Source: Blastocladiella emersonii ATCC 22665
Lineage: Eukaryota; Fungi; Blastocladiomycota
Assembly: GCA_025594325.1 (NCBI GenBank)
Contig: JANHCV010000007.1
Coordinates: forward strand, 1,054,001 to 1,118,000
DNA length: 64,000 nt
Direction: 5' to 3'
Position 1 is the stretch's first letter; the number at the start of each line of letters is the position of its first letter. Position numbers and translations under genes: made by a program. Of this stretch, positions 58,698 through 64,000 are shown piece by piece. The notes under the pieces are model-generated. The model was not told the origin of the DNA, did no database searches, and saw only the letters and a list, made by a program, of their open reading frames with translations.

Positions 58698-61600
58698 AGT
58701 CGACGACGGCGATGGTGATGGTGGTGGGCGAGGTGCGAGACGGGCGGGTCGGGGATTAGGGGGATGAGACGGAGGCGGCGAGGGCCAAGACAAGGGTGAG
58801 GGTGATGAGGGTGGGCGAGCAAGGTACGCGAGACGAGGATCTATGTCCCCCGTGGAAGTCGGGCGCGGGGGGTCAGAGTCGGGCACGGCCAAAGTTGGTC
58901 GCGCACACGGAACAAGGGCAAGGGCGGTCGAGTCGAGACGTCCGCGGCGGCGCGTGGATCGAGCGCAACGGCGACGGTGTGGGGGTCGGTGCGAGGGGTA
59001 GCGCTGTGGCGCAAAGGAGGAAAGGGGCGGGAGGGGATTGGGGACGGGCACCAGCTGCCTTTGAGGTCGAAGGCGAGGGCGCGAGGAGCGGACGGGGGCG
59101 TACGCGGGGAGAGAGCGAGGAGCGCGGGCGGGGACGCGCGGGGTTGAAGAGGGAGGAGGTCGCCGGGCAGGCGACGCAGGGCGAGCGCGCGCGGGCGGGC
59201 CAGTGAGAAGCGGACGGGGGTGGCGACGACGGGCGAGGCGCGTGCGCGCGCGACGCGTTCCGTGAGAAGCGAGCGCGGCGCCGCGGTCGGGAAGCGTGGC
59301 CACGGAGGCGAGGCCAGGAGCCGGAGACGGAGTCGTGCGAGCCCGTGTGCTGGTGTGTGCGCGGCGGACCCGTGGCGACCAGATGATGTGCTCGATGCGC
59401 GGCGATGGGAGAGGATCGGGCGTTGAGGAGGCACCCAGGAGTAGTGGGAAACTCTACACATTCGAGTGCAGCGTGAGCGAGTGGCCATCGTCGCGGCCAT
59501 GGCCATGCTCGCGCTCTCTCACGACGCCGACTGGCCAATGGATGCAATCATGAAGAACATACCGATGAAAGCGAAGAAGAGGTCTATCACAATGGAAGCG
59601 AAGAGAGAGCGGAAGCCAGCGGCGCTGATCCGACGGTGGCGATGGAGGGGCGACGCCGATGCTGCGCGTGCACTTGCTGCGCGTGGGCGTCAACAAGGTT
59701 GGCGTTGCGCGCAATGCTGCCGGTGGGCGGGCTTCCGTGGCGATGAGGGCGACGGGCAACGTGGGTACGTGGGGCCGGTTCGGTCAGGGGTATCCGCCCG
59801 CCGCCGTGCCGCGCGATGGTGATGGCGATGGCGAACCGAGTCGCTTGCAGGTGATTTCGATGGCTGCACGTGGTGGGCAGCGTGGCGAAGGTCACGGATC
59901 GCAGAGCGGGCTTCGGTATATGCAGTCGTTTGGGGGGTGGACGGTCGTGGCCAAGCGAAGTTACCCCTGAAGGCCACCCCAGCCCGCGTGCCAGTGGACC
60001 GGCGCCTCCGCCGCCCGGATCGACACTTGCTGGCGTCGCCCGCAACGTGCACGGCATTGTGGATCGGTGTCGTATGGGTTTGGGCGGCAGGGGAGCTCGG
60101 GGGCGGTGGTGGAGGCCGTGGCCGAGTGGGGAAGGTGGAGGCAGGGCTGCGAGTTCTCGGTGATTGCATCGAGGCGGCTGCCAGAGCCTTGATATATGCG
60201 TGATGTATCGCATGGTGGCCAAAGTAGCAGTGGGGGAGTCGAGGATCACGGTCGCGGACGGTGCATGCGCTGAACTGGGCTGGGCGGTGGCCAGCGAGCC
60301 GCTCCCGCCAGTCACCGTGGCCTCGCGGCTCCGTGACTCGGAAAGGAAAGGTCTTGAAGTGAACAACGCACCAAGCTGTTGGCTTTCGAGCCGCTCGCGG
60401 TCCTCGGTGTGGCTCAGCGCGCGTGAAAGGGACCGCGGGGAGCGCAGCTGAGCAATGGCTGCGGCAGCAGTGAGAACGCGATGCGAGCGGAGTTGAAGGC
60501 GGGCGAGAGCAGTTCTTAGGGCGCGATTTGGGTATGGGCTTGAGTATAAGCGAGAGAGAGCGAGGGGCAGCTGCGAGGGGAGCGGCCGAGACCGGGGGCA
60601 GGGCCGGACTACCCCTGATTCTTCGGCTCATTCGCATTTCGACCCAATGAGAGCGTCGCTGTGAGAAATGCACCCCTCTCCTCCGCTGTACGAAGCTGCG
60701 GGCGGTGCCAGTCCGTGCACACTCGCTGCATTTGTGAGTGCGGCGGCCCTCGCGACATGCGCCGACGTCGCACTCGTGCTGCTCGGTGAGTGCACTCCCC
60801 ACCTTCGGCCATGCTACTGAAGCGAACCCGCAGGCAACTGATCTGTCAGTTGATGAACTAGTCGCGGCCGAGTGCGAAGCGCGTCTCGCAGCTGAGCCAC
60901 CGCGGTCGCGTCGCGTCGCGTCGCGTCGCGGTGCGCGGCCAGCGTGGGCCCAGATGCGAGACAGCCGTGAATCGCCCGGCCACACGTGGGCCGCGAATTC
61001 GGGAGCAGTTCTCGCTTGTGCTCTCCCGCACGCTCTTTTGTTGGTCCGAACTTTGCCTACGGGAGCCGACTTTGCAACAGGCATGATCCTTGTAAGAGCA
61101 GTTGGGCGACGCGCTGGACGCGTCCGCTTGTTCGCGGCTCACCGAAGTGTCGCGCATCAGACTCTGTAAATCTCGCGACACCCGATTTTCGTGTATGGCG
61201 AAGACAATGCTAGGTAAAACGCCGATGGTACAGGGCAGGAAGCACGTTGTGGTGAGCTTGAGGTCCATGCGGGAGTCGGTCCCCCGCCGCGCGGCATGCG
61301 CCGCTTGACCACGAGCATGGATCCCGCAAGAAGGCGAGCTCTACCTTCGAGGATGCCGACTAAGCCCGCTCCTGAAACTATTTCAAATCGCTCTCGGTCC
61401 CGGTCTCTATCCACCGCCGGTTATGGAGTGGACGGGCACGAGGATATGGTGCGTAAGCGGGGCGGCGCTCGCGCCGGTTCCCCTCACGCCATTTCGCAAC
61501 GGCGAGCAACTTGTTGACGCCAGCGAGGCTTTTCTTCTCCATTCCTCTCCTTTTGATAGCCCTGTGAGTGAAGGCTTCGGCATTGAACGCTTCCGGCCGG

Positions 61601-61802
61601 CGACCTGCCTCGCGAGCCGTGAGACATGAGACGCGTTTGGAAATCACGTGACATGAGCGGCGCGCCTTCCTTCGCACGTCTGCTTCGGGGGGCTCCGCTT
61701 CGCGAGCCCGATTGCGAGTACCGGCAGGAGGGCGATGCAGTCCCTTCGACTAGTTTAGGGCAGTATCAAACAGGTTGTATGAGACGAGCTACCGTCGTCG
61801 GA

Positions 61803-62676
61803 TCAGCGAGACCCGCCAAACAATCCGCGGAACATGCCGCCGGTGCCGCGGGTGAGCAGGGTGCCCACGACGCTCTGGCCCATGCTGGAGCCGAGGACCG
61901 ACTGGCCGTAGCCCGCGAACCGCTTCTTGGCGTCCTGTGACGATCGATCCGAAAGCGTTCAGCCGAGCGAAGCGCTGCACGACGGGCGAAGTGAACCGTA
62001 CCTTGTCGCACTTGGTGTACCCGAGCACGTTGGCCATGTTGAGCGAGAGTGCGACGGCGGTGATGCAGAACCACGACGGGTGAAGGATCTGGAGGACCGC
62101 GAACACGGCCCACACGCCCGAGAAGGCGTACAGCGTGGTCCAGAAGACGCCCGCGTCGGCCGGGTTGGGCTGGTTGTTCTACACGATTTCCGCAGCGTGT
62201 CAGTGCTGCCCACATCGTTTGTCCCGCGAAGACGTACCTCGCGCGACTCGAACACCCACTTGGTCGCGCCGTCCTCGCTGACCTCGTTCCACCACCGCAG
62301 GCCGACGAGCAGGCGGCCCGACACGTTCTTGACGGTCCAGAAGTCGAAGGCGAGGAACAGCACGCACAGGACAAAGACCAGGATGAAGTTGTCGGTCACG
62401 TAGTACCCGAGCAGGTACGTCAGCAGCGCCGCGGTGCGGAACAGCAGGTGGAAGAAGAGCGCGACCGGGTGGCTATTCACACGGCACTGTCAGGTCAGCG
62501 CGCTGGTGTGGTATCGCGGCGGAGCAAAGTGTCGCTGTCTACCTGCTTCGCTCGAACATGGTCTGCTGGCGCGCGGGCTCGCCGGGGGCTCCGGGCGGCG
62601 AACCACCGCCGGCTGCCGCGGGCGCCGGCGTCATGGAGCCCATGGCACCCGACATGTCGACGCGTGTTTCTGCCAT
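61803..62676 (-). CDS. TVP23: Golgi membrane protein Tvp23 (FAM18 family), 4 exons, 225 aa
   Basis: Exons 62676-62543, 62472-62238, 62178-62002 and 61934-61803. Motifs SHPVALFFHLLFR, AFDFWTVKNVSGRLLVGLRWWN, WVFES and NVLGYTKCDKDAKK. Confidence 0.95.
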
Positions 62677-62875
62677 GGTGTATTCGATGCGTTGCAGTGA
62701 CTGGTGGGCCGCTCACGGCAGTGGATACGTTGCAGTCAAGCGGGGGCGGAGAGAGCGCGACCGTCACGCGTGCGCCGAGTCGCGTCGCTTCCGCGCGTCG
62801 TGTGGTCGCGCTTCCTTGCCCTCGCCGACCGACCGACCCCTCCTCACGCATGGACGTGGCCGTCAAGATACAAGT

Positions 62876-64000
62876 TTACTCTGAATCAAAATCAATCGGC
62901 GCGGGCGGCTCGCCAATCTCCTTGCTATACATCTTGCGCCCGCCCATCTCGAGCAAGTCGACGAGCTCGGGGAACTGCGCGAGGACGCTCTTCCCCGCGT
63001 CGCTACCGACCTCGGCGTCCGGGTCGCGCGCCCAGTCCACGTTGTCGACGACCCACGCCTCGACCGCATCCACATCAAACTCGGACTCGGCCGAGAGGAC
63101 CGGGTTGCCGTAGGTCGACGACACCTCGCCGGCCGTCCTCGAATGCCCGCGCTGGAGATCCGCCGCGAGCCAGAGCCCGAAATGCTCCATCTGCCCACCG
63201 AACCCGATCCCGCTCGGCAGCGTGGCGGCGCCCGCGTTCGCGTACACGTAGTGCGCGTTGCGGCCCGTCGGCCGGTACACGCGGATCCGGCCCGGGTGCA
63301 GCACGCACACGAGCCCGGGGTCGCCGCGCGAACCCGGACTGATGAGCTGCCACGGGTGCAGGTCCGCGTCGCCGAGGAACCGCGGGCCGAGCGGGAGCGG
63401 CGCCGCCGCGGTGTAACCCGCGAACACGTGCCCGCGGGCGTCGCGGATAACGAGCAGCGTGGCCGCGGCCGACAGCGACCGCACGGTGCCCTTGACGAGC
63501 CCCGCGACGAGCGCGGACCACGAGGCCCCGTCGCGCGCCGACGAGAAGGCGAGGCGCCACTCGACGCGCGCGGGCGGCGGGAGCGACGCGGCCACGGCCA
63601 GGATGTGGTGCGGCTGCAGGAGGAGCTGGGTCGGCGCGGCGCCCAGCAGGTCGAGGCGCGGGAGCACGCGGCCGGCAAGGCGATCGTTGAGGAGAGAGGG
63701 GAGCACGGGCGCCGGGTCGGTGCGCAGGTACGGCCGCGTGATGTACATGGCGAAAACCTGCGCGAGCGTCGGTACGAGCTGGCGCACCGCGGCGCGGTCG
63801 GGCGAGCGGAGCGCCCAGTCGAGCAGCGAGTCGGGGACGACCACGGGTTTCGGGCGGCACTGCGCGTTGGCGAACGTCGCGAGGTGTTCAGCGGGTGCTG
63901 GCGGTGGTGGCGCGAGCTCCTTGCTCCGCAGCGCGGGCGGCAGTGGGAGCCGGTCGTCGACGGGCGGCGGAGCGGGCGACGCGACACCGGCGCACGTGCG
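62876..64000 (-). CDS. TLDc-domain protein, MEAK7/Rtc5-like, 5' end beyond the window
   Basis: Motifs WRLAFSSARDGASW, LLVIRD..GHVFAGY, GIGFGG, FGLWL, STYGNP.LS and FDVDAVEAWVV. The tail KSVL..FPELVDLLEMGGRKMYS resembles MEAK7-type C-termini. Confidence 0.88.
   Translation of the reverse strand, partial: RTCAGVASPAPPPVDDRLPLPPALRSKELAPPPPAPAEHLATFANAQCRPKPVVVPDSLLDWALRSPDRAAVRQLVPTLAQVFAMYITRPYLRTDPAPVLPSLLNDRLAGRVLPRLDLLGAAPTQLLLQPHHILAVAASLPPPARVEWRLAFSSARDGASWSALVAGLVKGTVRSLSAAATLLVIRDARGHVFAGYTAAAPLPLGPRFLGDADLHPWQLISPGSRGDPGLVCVLHPGRIRVYRPTGRNAHYVYANAGAATLPSGIGFGGQMEHFGLWLAADLQRGHSRTAGEVSSTYGNPVLSAESEFDVDAVEAWVVDNVDWARDPDAEVGSDAGKSVLAQFPELVDLLEMGGRKMYSKEIGEPPAPIDFDSE

Noticed and set aside
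61380-61420. ATCGCTCTCGG resembling the U2 snRNA 5' end
   Set aside because: The following U2 elements (GCTAAGATCA and the GTGTAGTA branch-pairing region) are absent.
58700-61800. AGGGG (STRE) sites upstream of the Msn2-type gene as autoregulation
   Set aside because: Several occur, but about that many are expected by chance at this GC content over 3 kb.
1-64000. tRNA or rRNA genes
   Set aside because: I found no T-loop (GTTCRA) cloverleaf context and no conserved rRNA motifs by eye. tRNAscan-SE and Infernal would be needed to exclude them.

Overview
High-GC (roughly two-thirds G+C) eukaryotic, fungal-type DNA. Introns are short (about 55-110 nt) with GTACGY/GTGCGT/GTATGT donors, CTRAC/CTCAC branch sites and YAG/AAG acceptors. 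This would fit a zoosporic fungus such as Allomyces (Blastocladiomycota), but the taxon is inferred, not shown. The left third is a decaying accessory region. It holds a frameshifted LRR gene, an array of degenerate multi-exon paralogues on the minus strand, and, nested in that array, a 6.0-kb TIR element (7977-13975). That element has subterminal repeats, two divergent genes (one a Plavaka/CACTA-like transposase apparently lacking its catalytic core) and a tandem ACGCGCCA promoter array. Next come a tandem pair of 5-exon orphan genes, a DUF4748 gene, ADE6 (FGAM synthase) and a DUF4246 gene. An apparently intact PIF/Harbinger element (Myb/SANT gene plus DDE transposase) sits in intron 2 of one of two DUF4097-like paralogues, with an adjacent rearrangement. 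Three tandem DUF4470-like genes follow, all disrupted, sharing a 22-bp upstream motif and an invariant DRIVE[IL]D C-terminus. The right end contains a 1536-aa low-complexity/coiled-coil gene, a PhoD phosphatase, an Msn2-type C2H2 factor, TVP23 and a partial TLDc (MEAK7/Rtc5-like) gene. I could support no rRNA, tRNA or CRISPR array. Family assignments come from remembered motifs, not database searches.
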